A program made the position numbers and the translations under genes. A DNA stretch of 64,000 nt, taken from the NCBI GenBank assembly GCA_965262645.1, contig CBDHFO010000010.1, positions 418 to 64,417 of the forward strand. The letters run 5' to 3'. This DNA is from Candidatus Marinacidobacterium sp. (GTDB lineage: Bacteria > Acidobacteriota > Vicinamibacteria > Marinacidobacterales > Marinacidobacteraceae). Below are positions 1 through 10,010 of the stretch, in pieces. The notes under the pieces were generated by a model. That model saw nothing but the letters and a program-made list of their open reading frames with translations, made no database searches and was not told the origin of the DNA. Within the stretch, counting starts at the first letter, position 1, and the number at the start of each line of letters is the position of its first letter.

Positions 1-584
1 GTGGGCGTCCTGAGACCCCTCAGCGGATTCGGCGCGAGAAGGAACTCGCCCCGCTCGTCTCTGGACTTGGCAGCCCAGTTGAGCACGGCGATCAGAAACT
101 TCAGGTCGTGCTCGATGGTCCGGTTGGACACCGGCCTCCCGCTTGGTCCGACCTTGCCCGACCGCCGCGCCCGGATGAACCGGTCCCAGTCGCGCTGGGA
201 AAGTGTCTCGGGACTGCGGCCCCTTCCGAAGAACCGGACGAACATCCGCGTCGCCGCCCGGTCGGACCGTTGAGATGTCTCCGCCTTGGTGGGCGTCACC
301 TCTTCACCGTAGATTTCAAACAGCTTCTCCAGGGTGAGCGGCTCGGGCTCGGCTTCCGTCTTGCCGTTCAGGTCCGGGGCGACGAAGCCTGCCGCGAACT
401 CGTCCGCTTGCCGCTTCGCCCTCACCCAATCGCGGTGCCCCAGCGACCGGGTAAGCCTGCGCCCGTTCTCGCGCCACTCAATCTGGTATAGGCCGGTCTT
501 GGCGTCGGGGAACACCCTCACCCGGTTCCGGCCCCATTCGCCGGCGCCGTAGGAGCGCCGACTTCGTTTCGTGCGTGCCATCAT
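1..584 (-). CDS. Tyrosine recombinase/integrase (element A), 5' part; runs off the left edge
   Basis: The minus strand from 584 reads MMARTKRSRRSYGAGEWGRNRVRVFPD..., close paralogue of the complete integrase at 5490-6656. Confidence 0.9.
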   Translation of the reverse strand, partial: MMARTKRSRRSYGAGEWGRNRVRVFPDAKTGLYQIEWRENGRRLTRSLGHRDWVRAKRQADEFAAGFVAPDLNGKTEAEPEPLTLEKLFEIYGEEVTPTKAETSQRSDRAATRMFVRFFGRGRSPETLSQRDWDRFIRARRSGKVGPSGRPVSNRTIEHDLKFLIAVLNWAAKSRDERGEFLLAPNPLRGLRTP

Positions 585-850
585 TCGATTCCTCTCGTGA
601 TGGACTGGGCGGAAAAGATCGCAACCTTCGGTAACACAATAGGTTAGCGTACATCGCACTGAGTGCTGTATCACTTCAGATACCCGATTCTGTGCTGGAA
701 TCCATGCGACTGCATCGGAAGTCGCCGGACGGGTTTCGTGCGATTCGAGCGAGCCATAGGGTCTGGGCCGCCGTCGAGACGGCGTGGGCGCTGGCTCGTA
801 GCACCATTGGGTTTGGTCCTCCTTCCGTCCGGGTTGGGAAGGGGGCTCGA

Positions 851-893
851 CCCCGGCCTACGGGACGGTTTGAAACCGTCCCGTAGGCCGGGG
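851..893. repeat. Perfect 43-bp palindrome, REP-like (GTAG type)
   Basis: CCCCGGCCTACGGGACGGTTT-G-AAACCGTCCCGTAGGCCGGGG, 21-bp arms. Confidence 0.8.
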
Positions 894-1105
894 GGACCGG
901 CGCCGAGGCGGCGGGAGCACGGCCGCACGCATACCGCCGGTCCAGGGCTCAGGCCGGCAAAGCACCTCAGCAGACTGGGTGAACCGGGGCTCCGGGGCGG
1001 GCGGGGTGGAAGAGCCATTCGAGGCCGCCGCCTGCTCCATCGGCCTTGGTCTGGCGGGCCACCGATGCAGCCCGCCGGTCGCGCCGCCTTCGAGACTGCG
1101 TTGCC

Positions 1106-1202
1106 GCTGGCTTGAGCCACGCTACGGTGGCTAAGCCAGCTTACCCTTTGTGGGTACAAAGGGGCTGACGAGGGGTGGCGTCCGCCCCCCTTCGATCCCC
1201 CC
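1106..1202 (-). other. oriT-like site (ColE1/MOB-HEN type)
   Basis: Inverted repeat GCTGGCTT...AAGCCAGC. Minus strand GTAAGCTGG^CTTAG matches the ColE1 nic CTGG^CTTA. Homologous to other copies in the window. Confidence 0.7.
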
Positions 1203-1431
1203 GGAATGCGCGCGCTCCGTCGGAGGTCGCGGGCGTGGTTCGCGCCCCTCGTGTCGGCAAGTCCTGATGGCCATCAGCCATCGCCGCCTCGAACCGACTC
1301 GCTCCGCGAGCGTGCCCTCCCTTTGGACCGGGTCTGGACGGAGGCCGCTTTCTGCGGATATCTTCACGTCCTGCTCGGCAGCGAAACAAGGCGCTGCCGA
1401 GATCCCAGCCCCCCTTCCCTGAAACCCCTCC

Positions 1432-1680
1432 ATGGCCCGGTGCTCCGTTGAAGGCTGCGACCGCCAGTCGAAATCCCTCGGCTACTGTCGTGCCCACTAC
1501 CAGCGCTTCAAGAAGGGCAAGCCGCTCGACGATCCGCCGTTGCGCCAGGAGTGCTCGATCAAAGGGTGCAGACGAATCCACCACCGCGACACCTTCTGCG
1601 ACCCCCACTACGAGCAGTACCGCGAGGTGGTGAAGGCGCTCGACGAGGCGAGAGAGGAGAGCTCGGCGCTGTTTAGCTGA
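1432..1680 (+). CDS. Small protein with two Cx4C...CxxH putative zinc-binding repeats
   Basis: CSVEGC...YCRAHY and CSIKGC...FCDPHY; ATG start. Confidence 0.7.
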   Translation: MARCSVEGCDRQSKSLGYCRAHYQRFKKGKPLDDPPLRQECSIKGCRRIHHRDTFCDPHYEQYREVVKALDEAREESSALFS

Positions 1681-1840
1681 TCTCCTTCCAGCTTGGGATT
1701 GCTGGAGGGGAGGACTGTCCTCGCGCCCGCGAGGCGGGCCGTCTGCTGGTTGGCCGCAGCGAACCAGTAGTATACCTTGTTGCAGTCCCAGATCCCTCTC
1801 CCAATCCAAAAGACCCCATCGAGAAAGGTGCTCATCCGAG

Positions 1841-2236
1841 ATGCGAATCGTCGCCATTCTTCCCCTGCTTCTCACCACTGGCTGCGCGACCCTGTTCAAC
1901 GAGGGAACGAAGTCGGTCGCAATGTCATCCAACCCCACCGGGGCCGAAGTGTGGATTGACGGCGCCCGGCGAGGGACGACACCTATTTCACTCGATCTGA
2001 ACAACCACACGAGCCACACGGTCGTGTTTCGCCAAGAGGGACATCAGGAGGTAACGTGCCAGCTGACCACGTCGGTCGGTGCCGGGTGGGTGATCCTGGA
2101 TGTACTCGGAGGGCTGGTCCCCGTCATCGTCGACGCGGCTACGGGGAAGTGGAACAGCTTGGACCAAGGCGTGTGCAACGTCGTGCTTCCGGCAGCCCGA
2201 GGGACGAACTGGGAAGAAGATAAGAAGTCCTACTAG
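1841..2236 (+). CDS. PEGA-domain lipoprotein
   Basis: Lipobox LTTG-C; SNPTGAEVWIDG...GTTP PEGA signature; C-terminal WVILDVLGG..IVDAATG.W. Confidence 0.85.
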   Translation: MRIVAILPLLLTTGCATLFNEGTKSVAMSSNPTGAEVWIDGARRGTTPISLDLNNHTSHTVVFRQEGHQEVTCQLTTSVGAGWVILDVLGGLVPVIVDAATGKWNSLDQGVCNVVLPAARGTNWEEDKKSY

Positions 2237-2449
2237 GACCCGGTTGGTAGCTCAGCTCGGCCGCCGGTGCGGGTCTGTTTGTGTCATCCGGCGCCTTTTG
2301 CCGTTCCTTGGCCCATGAGTGTCTTCGGGTGGTTGACGCTACCGGCCCGCTGATCTGCGGAGGAAACCGAGTCCGAGCCCGACGAGGACGGGGGTTTGGG
2401 GCGGGCGGTGCACCTCGCCGCCCGCCGCTCCGGCAGCGGGGCGAAAAAG

Positions 2450-2820
2450 CCGGGGGTCCAAGGGGGGCGGAGCCGCCCCTTGCCAGAGCGCGAATGTTTT
2501 ACATCGCGTAGGCTGGCTTACGCACCTTAGGAGCGTGAGCCAGCCCTCGGCGGAGCCGCCGAAACCGCCTCCCGGGTCGCCGGCCGGAACAGCGTCCACC
2601 GGGCCGTCGCCGGCAAGCTCCCCGGCCTCTTGGCCGCCAGCACTCAAGGACGGCGCGCCGACGTACCCCGGCGCTCCCGCCACCCGGTCGCATTTCGCCC
2701 TACCCGTACCCCTCCGGTACCGGAGATCGTCGATCTGGGGCGATCCTACGGCCCGTATCTACCTCGAAATGTGCGTGGACCGCCGGGAAAACGGCCTCCG
2801 AGCTCTTCGCGGAGGCGACC
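2450..2820 (+). other. oriT module (nic, IR and ~270-bp conserved tail)
   Basis: GTAGGCTGG^CTTA at ~2508-2520, IR GGCTGGCT...AGCCAGCC, and a tail ending CCCTACCCGTACCCCT...GAGATCGTCGATCTGGGGCGATC. Homologous to 10870-11270. Confidence 0.7.
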
Positions 2821-2822
2821 GC

Positions 2823-3986
2823 CTATCGCTGCGTGACGTACTCGCTCCACGCCTGCATGACCTCGGCGCGGCGCTCCAGCAGGTCGGAGCGCTGATACGC
2901 CTGAACGACCTGGCTGCGCGGGACGTGGGCGAGGCAGGCTTCGGCGACCTCGGCAGGGACGCCCGACTCGGCCATCCACGACCGCGCGCTCGACCGGAAC
3001 CCGTGAACCGTCGAGGCGACTCCGGCGCGGCGAAGCACGCGCCCCGGCGCGTTCCTCGGCAACACCCCGCCGGTCCTCGACGGAAACACCAGCGACGATT
3101 CGGGAGACAGCGCCCGCGCCCGCTCAAGCACCTCCAGCGCGCCCGTGCTCAACGGAACGGAGAACTCGCGCCCGGCCTTCATCCTCGACGCCGGGATCGT
3201 CCACACGCCCGCCCCCAAGTCGATCTCGTCCCAGCGCGCCCCGCGCGCCTCTCCGGCCCGCACCGCCGTCAACGCGATCATCTCGACGCACAGCGCCGCC
3301 GAGGGATGTATGTACCTGACCCGGCGGATCGCCCCGAGCGCCGCCGCGACCTCCCGGTGCGGAAGCGCGCGGTAATGCCTCGGCGCGTTGCCGTTCGCCC
3401 TCGGCAGCGCCACGACCGCCCGGTCCACCGGGTTGTCCGGGCGGAGGTTGTTCCCAATGCACCAGCGGAAGACGGCGGAGATCCGGTTCCGGGCCTTCCG
3501 GCCGGCGGCGGGCTTCGAGTTCCAGATCGGCGCGAGGCACCCCAGCACGTCCGCGCTCGTGATCCGGTCCACCGGCTTGTCAAGCAGGGGCGCGGCGTGG
3601 AGGCGGAACGTGGACTCCCATTGCTCGGCCATCGTGCTCCCGGCCTTCCAGCCGTCGCGGTGCAGCTCGATGGTGCGTTCGGCGGCCTCGGCGAACGTCG
3701 GGACGCCGCGCCCGCGCGGGTCCCCGCCGTGGCGGACCGCCCGGCTGTTGTCCAGCGCCTTCCGGCGCGCCTCGGCGAGCGTGATCTCGGGATACGGCCC
3801 GAGCCCGACCGAGGTCAGCCGCCCCTCGATCCGAAGGCGCTGGCGCCACGTCCTGCTGATGCGGCCGGTTTTCGTCCGGTGCACCCGGAGGCTCAGTCCT
3901 CGCCCGCCTCGCCCGTCGCCGTAGACGCCGGGACGGTTGACCGTGCGCACGAAGGCGGCGGTGAGCGTCCTGGGTCGCTTCGTCAT
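2823..3986 (-). CDS. P4-like tyrosine integrase with N-terminal arm-binding domain
   Basis: N-terminal arm domain (GLSLRV...GLGPYPEITLAEAR); catalytic R (AVRAGE), K (RMKAG), HGFR, LAH, QAY. Confidence 0.93.
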   Translation of the reverse strand: MTKRPRTLTAAFVRTVNRPGVYGDGRGGRGLSLRVHRTKTGRISRTWRQRLRIEGRLTSVGLGPYPEITLAEARRKALDNSRAVRHGGDPRGRGVPTFAEAAERTIELHRDGWKAGSTMAEQWESTFRLHAAPLLDKPVDRITSADVLGCLAPIWNSKPAAGRKARNRISAVFRWCIGNNLRPDNPVDRAVVALPRANGNAPRHYRALPHREVAAALGAIRRVRYIHPSAALCVEMIALTAVRAGEARGARWDEIDLGAGVWTIPASRMKAGREFSVPLSTGALEVLERARALSPESSLVFPSRTGGVLPRNAPGRVLRRAGVASTVHGFRSSARSWMAESGVPAEVAEACLAHVPRSQVVQAYQRSDLLERRAEVMQAWSEYVTQR

Positions 3987-4354
3987 GGGTTCCTTCCCTG
4001 AGGTTGTATCACTTATTGCAACACTACACACGGAAGAATACACCGGATGGCGGCAGACCGCAAGGGACGTGGAGATTACCGTAAATGCCGATAAACCAAC
4101 GTACTACAGGATGTTACTGGACTACTGGAGGACGGCTATGGATCGTGTTGGAAGATGGCAAGGCAGTTCGTGATGGACTGCACGATCTGCGCGACGGAAA
4201 CTTCGCGGAGAGAAGCCGTATCCGCCAGAAGGAAGGGATCGGAGCGCGTGGTATCCTCCCCGAAATGGAGGCGGAGACGAGCTGTCTGGCAGCCGATCCG
4301 GAGCGTCACGATCATCGAGTGTGAAGCGGTGACTTGAAGGCGGTTTTCGACGCA

Positions 4355-4870
4355 CCCGATGCCGATCCAGAGGCGCACATGTGACATCGGAGTCGATGTG
4401 CAGGAAAACGCGTTTCGGACGTGCACGGCACCGGTTCCGCAAGTTGCGGAACGGCTTGGGGTTGTGCCACGGCCATCGGAGCGGCGAGGCCGAGCGGGAC
4501 CTCAAGGCCGTGGACGGGAGTGACCCCCCATCTCGGCATGCCTCGATCGGCATCGGGGAGGATGGCGATGTGCATCCCCATCTTCCCCTACGCTGCGGGG
4601 TCACTCCCATCCAGCAGTCCCGTGCGGGAAGGCCACGGCGAGCCGTGACGGGGGCTCGTCCCGGTCTTGCTGGGCGATGCCGAACAGCCCGACGGCCACG
4701 CGGTCGGCCAACGGGTCCTCCTCCGCCTAGAAGCCGCGCTCGACACCCTTCCGGGACGGATCGCTGGTTCGGGAGCGACCCCTGGTCGGCAGGGGCGAGG
4801 GTGTGAAAACACGCTCGGCGCTATGCCGCACCGAGCCCTCGGCGAGGGGGGTCGCTCCCGCCACGGCCGG
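4355..4870. repeat. Conserved structured non-coding block, copy A
   Basis: 4355-4670 aligns with 7932-8250 and 4750-4865 with 10300-10410; nested inverted repeats GGGAG(T/C)GACCC...GGGTC(A/G)CTCCC. Confidence 0.7.
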
Positions 4871-5354
4871 TGCGGCCGGTCCGGCAACCGACGGGCGGGC
4901 CGCATGGCCGCAGGACGTTGCGGGCGCGGCGGATACGCGCCCGCCGCCATGTGAATCGCCGGAGCGCAGAATCGTGAAACGACCCCCCGTGTCGTTTTCA
5001 CGCTCCAGTGCGGCCCAAGTCGGAGCGGTCGGGCACCGTCCAACCCGCCTCCGGCGAATGCACCCATTGTCCGCGGCACCCGCGTTCCGCCCACACTCCG
5101 TGGGGTGCCGGACTGACCGGCCTCCAAGACGAAAACAGCGCTTCGTGGCTCGGACGGCGGGCAAGCCCGAAGTGTCTCCACGGTTGGTCGGGCCAACCGG
5201 CCCACACGATTCGCGGCAAGCACTACTGCGTCGATGGCGATGGAGTTTCAACGGCCTCCAGGCGGTCGAAGTGACCGCCGACGGCGCCTTGGACCCCGCT
5301 GCCGAGAACCGCCCGCAGGGTGTCGTCGGCGACCGCTTCGAGGGGCGTCCCCAA

Positions 5355-5397
5355 GGCTGGCTCCTGACCCGGTATTGGCCGGGAGCCAGCCTACCCC
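5355..5397 (-). other. Left half of an oriT split by element B (attL)
   Basis: IR GGCTGGCTCC...GGAGCCAGCC followed by TACCCC, where homology to intact oriT copies stops. It resumes at 14582. Confidence 0.75.
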
Positions 5398-5489
5398 ACA
5401 AATGCTATGAAGTCTGCATCTTACTGTAGAGTTTGGAGTTACAGGCTTGGCGGTCCTGATTCCCGCCGATTGGTTACCGCCGATTCGGA

Positions 5490-6656
5490 TCAGGCCCGAC
5501 CGTTGCGGCGGCGGTTGTCCAGAGCCTTCCTGAGTTGTACCGCGTCGGGTTGCTGATAGCAGCGCAGCACCGTCTGAGCCTTCTTCCAGCCGCCAAGCTC
5601 GCAAAGCACCTTGAGCGGCAGGTCCATGAGATCGGAAGCGAACTTGCGACGGAGCGAGTGCCAGCCCCGTCCCCGCCTCGGCTCCAGTCCCGCGAGGGTC
5701 TCCGCCTTCTTCCACCACTTGTGGGCGGCAACGCGGCTCATGCAAAGCGTGGCATCCCTCGGCGACGGCAGCACCGGGCCACTCGTGGTTCCTTCGCTCC
5801 TGCTTCGTGCCTCTTCCAAGGCGGCGACCGCCTCGGCGGTAAGGGGTGTTACGTGCTCGTAGCCGGTCTTCTCGTGCTCCGCGCGCCACCGGACCTCGCG
5901 GCCCTCGATGTCGATGTCATCCCAACGGAGCTCGCGGATGGCACCGATCCGGTGCCCGGTCTCGTGCGCGAGCACGAGCGCGACATGGAACCGCCAGCCG
6001 ACCTGCCGGGAAACCCCGAGCAGCGCCTGGTATTCGTCCTCGGTGAGGACGACCCGGTTGGGATTCTTCTCCTTGGGCTTTCTGAGGCCCTTGAGCGGGT
6101 TGGAGTCGAGGAGCAGCCGTCCGTGTTCGTCCCTTGACCTTGCGGCCCAGTTGAGCACCGTCATCAGGAACGTCAGGTCCCATTCGATCGTCCGGTTGCC
6201 TACGGGCTTGCCCGAGCGTCCGGCCCTGCCCGCGCGCCGTTCCCGGATGAACCGATCCCAGTCGCGCTGCGACAGTGTTTCGGGTCTTCGGTCCCGTCCG
6301 AAGAAGCGGAGGAACATCCTGGTCGCGACCCGGTCGCGCTGGCGCGTCCGTCTCCCCTTCGTGGGCGTCACCTCTTCGCCGTAGATGTCAAAAAGCGATC
6401 CCAGCCTGAGCGGCTCGGGCTCGGCTTCGGCCTCGCCGTTCAGGCCCGGCCCCGCGAAGCCCGCGGCGAACTCGTCCGCTTGCCGCTTCGCGCGCGACCA
6501 GTCGCGGTGTTTGAGGGACCGGGTGAGCCTGCGCCCGTTCTCTCGCCACTCGATCTGGAAAATGCCGGTCTTGGCATCCGGAAACACCCGGACCCGGTTC
6601 CGGCCCCATTCGCCAGCGCCGTAGGAGCGCCGACTTCGTTTCGTGCGTGCCATCAT
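5490..6656 (-). CDS. Tyrosine recombinase/integrase (element B)
   Basis: R (GHRIGAI), K (HEKTG), HSLR, GGW, catalytic Y (RCYQ). The start MMARTKR is inferred from the paralogue at 584. Confidence 0.93.
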   Translation of the reverse strand: MMARTKRSRRSYGAGEWGRNRVRVFPDAKTGIFQIEWRENGRRLTRSLKHRDWSRAKRQADEFAAGFAGPGLNGEAEAEPEPLRLGSLFDIYGEEVTPTKGRRTRQRDRVATRMFLRFFGRDRRPETLSQRDWDRFIRERRAGRAGRSGKPVGNRTIEWDLTFLMTVLNWAARSRDEHGRLLLDSNPLKGLRKPKEKNPNRVVLTEDEYQALLGVSRQVGWRFHVALVLAHETGHRIGAIRELRWDDIDIEGREVRWRAEHEKTGYEHVTPLTAEAVAALEEARSRSEGTTSGPVLPSPRDATLCMSRVAAHKWWKKAETLAGLEPRRGRGWHSLRRKFASDLMDLPLKVLCELGGWKKAQTVLRCYQQPDAVQLRKALDNRRRNGRA

Positions 6657-6979
6657 TCGATTCCTCTCTTGATGGACTGCACGATCTGCGCGAAGGAATC
6701 TCGCTGGACGAAGGCGGCTTGACCAGTGCGATACCCGCGCTGTTGGCTTCTCGAAAGCGATGGAGGAGCGCTGCCGGAAGCCGGTCCGCGTCCGGGACGG
6801 CACCGGACGGCTCGGGACTATGGCCCGCATACGCGACTTGACGCCGCCGAAAGCCCTCTTCCGATTCTGTCGGCAGTGACAACCTCCACGGTTCTCGGTC
6901 CCGACCACGGAACCAGGGTGCGCCCGTGGGAATTGGGAACCCTCATGTACTGCAAAGCCCTCGACCAACGGCGGCCTTG

Positions 6980-7915
6980 GTGATCGACCATCTACAGGGG
7001 CGCGAGAAGGCGCTGGAGCCGTTCGGCTTGACGGGCCGCCGCGCCGAGTGGATCGCCTTGGCGAGCCTGCACGGAGGCGTGTTCACCCGCAAGCAGTTCT
7101 CTGCGTGGCTCGGGGTCAGCCGCTTCACGGCGCTCCGGTTCGTGCAGGGCCTGAGGGACCGAAGGCTGGCCGCCGAGGAGATGGTCGGAGACCTGAAGGT
7201 CTGCCGGATCTGCGCGCGCGGCATCTACCGCGCACTGGGTGCCGAAGGCGTGCGCCACCGGAGGATCACCTCGCCCGAGGTGGCCATGCGCCGCCTGCTC
7301 TCGTTCGACTACGTGATCGAGCACACCGGCCTGCCCTGGCTGCCCACCGAGCCGGAGAAGGTCGCCGCGTTCGAGGTGCTCGGCATCGGCCGCTCGCTTC
7401 TGCCCGTCCGGGTCTACCGGGGCGCGGCTAGCGGCGCGCGGCGGTACTTCCCCCGCGGGATGCCCGTGGCGCTGGACTCCCGCCGCGCCGTGTTCGTGCA
7501 CGCCGATCCCGGCTACGATACCTCGACCGCGCTCCGCTCGTGGCGGGATCGGCACCATGGGCTATGGGAAGCGCTGAGGGAGCAGAGCCTGTCGGTCGAG
7601 GTCGCCGGGGTCGCAGGCGGCCGGAGGGAACTCGAACGCGCACGGACGATCCTGGGAAACTGGGTCGGCGCCGCTACCGCCCAAGAACCCAACCAGCAAC
7701 CCAAGACCATCGCAGCCGTCCGGCGCGAGATTGCGCGCGTCGAGAATGCCATCCGGGGAATGGACGACGCGGCGGTCAAGGAATTGGGCGGTCTCAACGG
7801 CTGCCTTCACCGCCTCGTTGAGATGAGGGCTCTGCTCCGATCGGCCCTCCCCGGAGGAATGATCCACGGCTATTCGGTATGGGTTTCGAGCCGCTTCTCC
7901 GGGGGCGGGATTTGA
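6980..7915 (+). CDS. Conserved hypothetical protein with N-terminal winged-helix-like region; possible replication/regulatory protein of the element
   Basis: Divergent from the integrase. Motifs H(G/S)GxFTxxQ, IYRxLG.E..RHRR, RLLxxDYV, LPTE.EK, RYF recall an ICE-associated hypothetical family (recalled, not searched). Confidence 0.7.
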   Translation: MIDHLQGREKALEPFGLTGRRAEWIALASLHGGVFTRKQFSAWLGVSRFTALRFVQGLRDRRLAAEEMVGDLKVCRICARGIYRALGAEGVRHRRITSPEVAMRRLLSFDYVIEHTGLPWLPTEPEKVAAFEVLGIGRSLLPVRVYRGAASGARRYFPRGMPVALDSRRAVFVHADPGYDTSTALRSWRDRHHGLWEALREQSLSVEVAGVAGGRRELERARTILGNWVGAATAQEPNQQPKTIAAVRREIARVENAIRGMDDAAVKELGGLNGCLHRLVEMRALLRSALPGGMIHGYSVWVSSRFSGGGI

Positions 7916-7931
7916 CCGCCCATGGGCGGGT

Positions 7932-8250
7932 GCCGTTGCCGATCCAGAGGTGTCCGTCAGACATCGGGGTCGTTGTGCACGAGAACCGCGTCCGGACGGG
8001 ACACACCGCCGATGCCGCAAGTTGCTGGCGTACTTTCGTTTGTGCCGAAGCCGCCGGGGCGGCCGTGACGCGCGGGCGCTTGCGGCCGTGGACAAGCGAC
8101 CCACCTGTTCGGCATGCCTCATACGGCACGGCGACGGCTGGGATGTGCACTGCCATCCCACCCGCCCGTGGGGTCGCTCCCGGTCCATCAATCCCGTGCG
8201 GGAAGGCCAATCGGTGTGCCGGGACGGGCACGTCCCGATTTGTCGGCCCC
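7932..8250. repeat. Conserved structured non-coding block, copy B
   Basis: Aligns with 4355-4670, e.g. GCCGATCCAGAGG, GACATCGG, CCGCAAGTTGC, TCGGCATGCCTC, TCCCGTGCGGGAAGGCCA. Confidence 0.7.
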
Positions 8251-8312
8251 GGCCGTGGCTCACGTCCGGTGTGGCCCGGCAATTCGTCGTTGCGCCCGCC
8301 TCGCGACTCCAT

Positions 8313-10010
8313 CTACGAGGTCCGGTTCCGCTGGTGCAGGCCGACGAATCCGACGATGACGCGTTCGTTCTGCTCGTCCCAGGCGAAGGCGATCCGGATC
8401 GTGTGGTGCGGGTCGTGACTGGTCCCCTTGCCGAGGTGGGCCGCCAGCTCCCATGCCGTTCCGTTGACGCGGGTCCGGTACCAGTCCCGGAACCGTCCCA
8501 TCGTGGCGGCGGACGTTTTCGACTTGTAGAACCAGCCCGGACAGGTTTCCCCGATTCGATCGGTCGGGCCGTTCCGGTATGCCGTGGCGAGCCACGCCAG
8601 CGCGTCGAGCACCTCCGGGGGGTTCACGAACGGCGTGTCCTCGTTCGAGCGGGAGTTGAGCTTGATGAGCAGCCTGTCGGGGAACATCTCACGTGCTTGG
8701 GCGATGGCCTCGCGAACGCTCCCCACGGGCTCTGCGGCCACCGGCTCTCCGTCGTGCACCCGGGCCTTCCTGCGTTCTTCGATGTAGGCGCGCCTCCAGT
8801 GCTCCTCCATCCTCCGGCTGCGCAACGCCTCGTCCCGGATCCGCCCGGCCTCGTCGTCTCTCTGCGTCTTCTCCGCCCGGAGTGCCCGGTTGTCCTCTTC
8901 GAGGCGCTCGCGCTCGCACCGTAGGCCCTCCACTTCGAGCAGGACGGATTTGTCCTCGTTCACGGTCGATCCCGAGGCGGGTTCGGTCGCCGCATCGGCA
9001 CCGTCCGCCGCCCCGGGCGCCGGGCGCGCCTCCACGGCGTCAGCCTCATTCCCGGAGGCGTCCTCGTCCGGCGGGTCGGGCTGGGCAACGCGCTCCCGCC
9101 ACGCATCGACCGCCGCGAGAATGGCGTCCTCGCACTCGCGGCGCTGTACGGACCGCTCGAGCTCCTCGGCGCGCGAGGAGGCTTGGGGACGAATCGGCCC
9201 GTACGCCTCGAAGCTGACTTCCAGGTAGATGAGGAACGGGAGTGCCGAGTCGGTCAGCGCGGGCCGGTCCTCGACCAGTCCCGGCCAGGGATCCGGGTCG
9301 ATCCCGAGGTAGCGGAGTTCCTCGCCGAACCGCTCGCGAAGGGAGCGGCAAAGGCCCACGATTTGCTCCCGGCACCAGCCGAGGAGTTCGCGCTCCTTCG
9401 CGTGCCGGATGTCCTCCATCCACTGGATGAGGGTGTCGGCTTCCTCCCACTCGGGCGCGCTGGGCGGGAGATCCCCCAGGAAGTCGAGCCAATCCTGGAA
9501 GAGCGGGGACACAAGCGGCGGTGGTGCGGGAAAGCGCCGGGCGAGAAGGCACAGCATCAGCCCGGCGGACTCGCGGTCCACCGCGTCGTCGACCGCCGCC
9601 AGTGCCTCGCGCTCGCTCCGCCATTCCTCGCGCGTCCAGAAGGAATCGAATCGCGCGTCGGGTGGCTCGGGCACGGGCATGCCCCGGCTTGCAAGGCGCG
9701 CGGCGGTCCGGTCGCGAAGCGCGTCGTGCGAGTCCACCCAAGCATTGAGAACGGCGCGGGCGAGGTCCTGATCGTGGTGCTGGATCGCCTCCATTACGGG
9801 CTGGAGGAGCTTGGGTCGGGGCGCGCGGCTCGCGTCCCGGTATCCGTCCACCCGAAGACGCCGCAGTGCAGCCCCGCGTTGTCGGCGAAGCGCCTTGCAC
9901 TCGGAACGGTGCTTGAGGGCGCGCCGCACCACACGGCGGCGGAAGTCCTCGCTGAAAAGGGGGAAGAGCTCGCCGGGAGTTCTCGGTTGAGTCGTAGGCT
10001 CGGTAGTCAC
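8313..10010 (-). CDS. Coiled-coil protein with C-terminal RelE-like candidate nuclease domain
   Basis: 565 aa, GTG start with AAGGAG RBS; C-terminus HLGKGTSHDPHHTIRIAFAWD...VIVGFVGLH. Confidence 0.7.
   Translation of the reverse strand: MTTEPTTQPRTPGELFPLFSEDFRRRVVRRALKHRSECKALRRQRGAALRRLRVDGYRDASRAPRPKLLQPVMEAIQHHDQDLARAVLNAWVDSHDALRDRTAARLASRGMPVPEPPDARFDSFWTREEWRSEREALAAVDDAVDRESAGLMLCLLARRFPAPPPLVSPLFQDWLDFLGDLPPSAPEWEEADTLIQWMEDIRHAKERELLGWCREQIVGLCRSLRERFGEELRYLGIDPDPWPGLVEDRPALTDSALPFLIYLEVSFEAYGPIRPQASSRAEELERSVQRRECEDAILAAVDAWRERVAQPDPPDEDASGNEADAVEARPAPGAADGADAATEPASGSTVNEDKSVLLEVEGLRCERERLEEDNRALRAEKTQRDDEAGRIRDEALRSRRMEEHWRRAYIEERRKARVHDGEPVAAEPVGSVREAIAQAREMFPDRLLIKLNSRSNEDTPFVNPPEVLDALAWLATAYRNGPTDRIGETCPGWFYKSKTSAATMGRFRDWYRTRVNGTAWELAAHLGKGTSHDPHHTIRIAFAWDEQNERVIVGFVGLHQRNRTS

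Larger units (their letters stand above)
595..4180. mobile_element. 3.57-kb integrated element (element C) with P4-like integrase and two oriT-like modules
   Basis: 13-bp direct repeat TCGTGATGGACTG at 595-607 and 4168-4180. Excision restores the int-upstream sequence seen intact at about 6655-6700. Candidate arm site TGTATCACTT lies inside both ends (~667, ~4005). Confidence 0.85.

Noticed and set aside
2243-2280. GGTAGCTCAGCTCGG resembling a tRNA D-arm
   Set aside because: No T-arm (GTTCRA) or acceptor-stem complement follows.
2535-4001. Long ORFs antisense to or overlapping the integrase and transposases (also 16692-17999, 24729-26153, 31208-32665, 38993-40534, 52567-54030)
   Set aside because: Shadow ORFs typical of GC-rich coding DNA; no recognisable domains.
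5556-5569. 11/14 match to the predicted target of the IS110 copy-2 guide, over the integrase catalytic Tyr codon
   Set aside because: Only 10 contiguous bases match, which is plausible by chance in 64 kb, and there is no insertion here.
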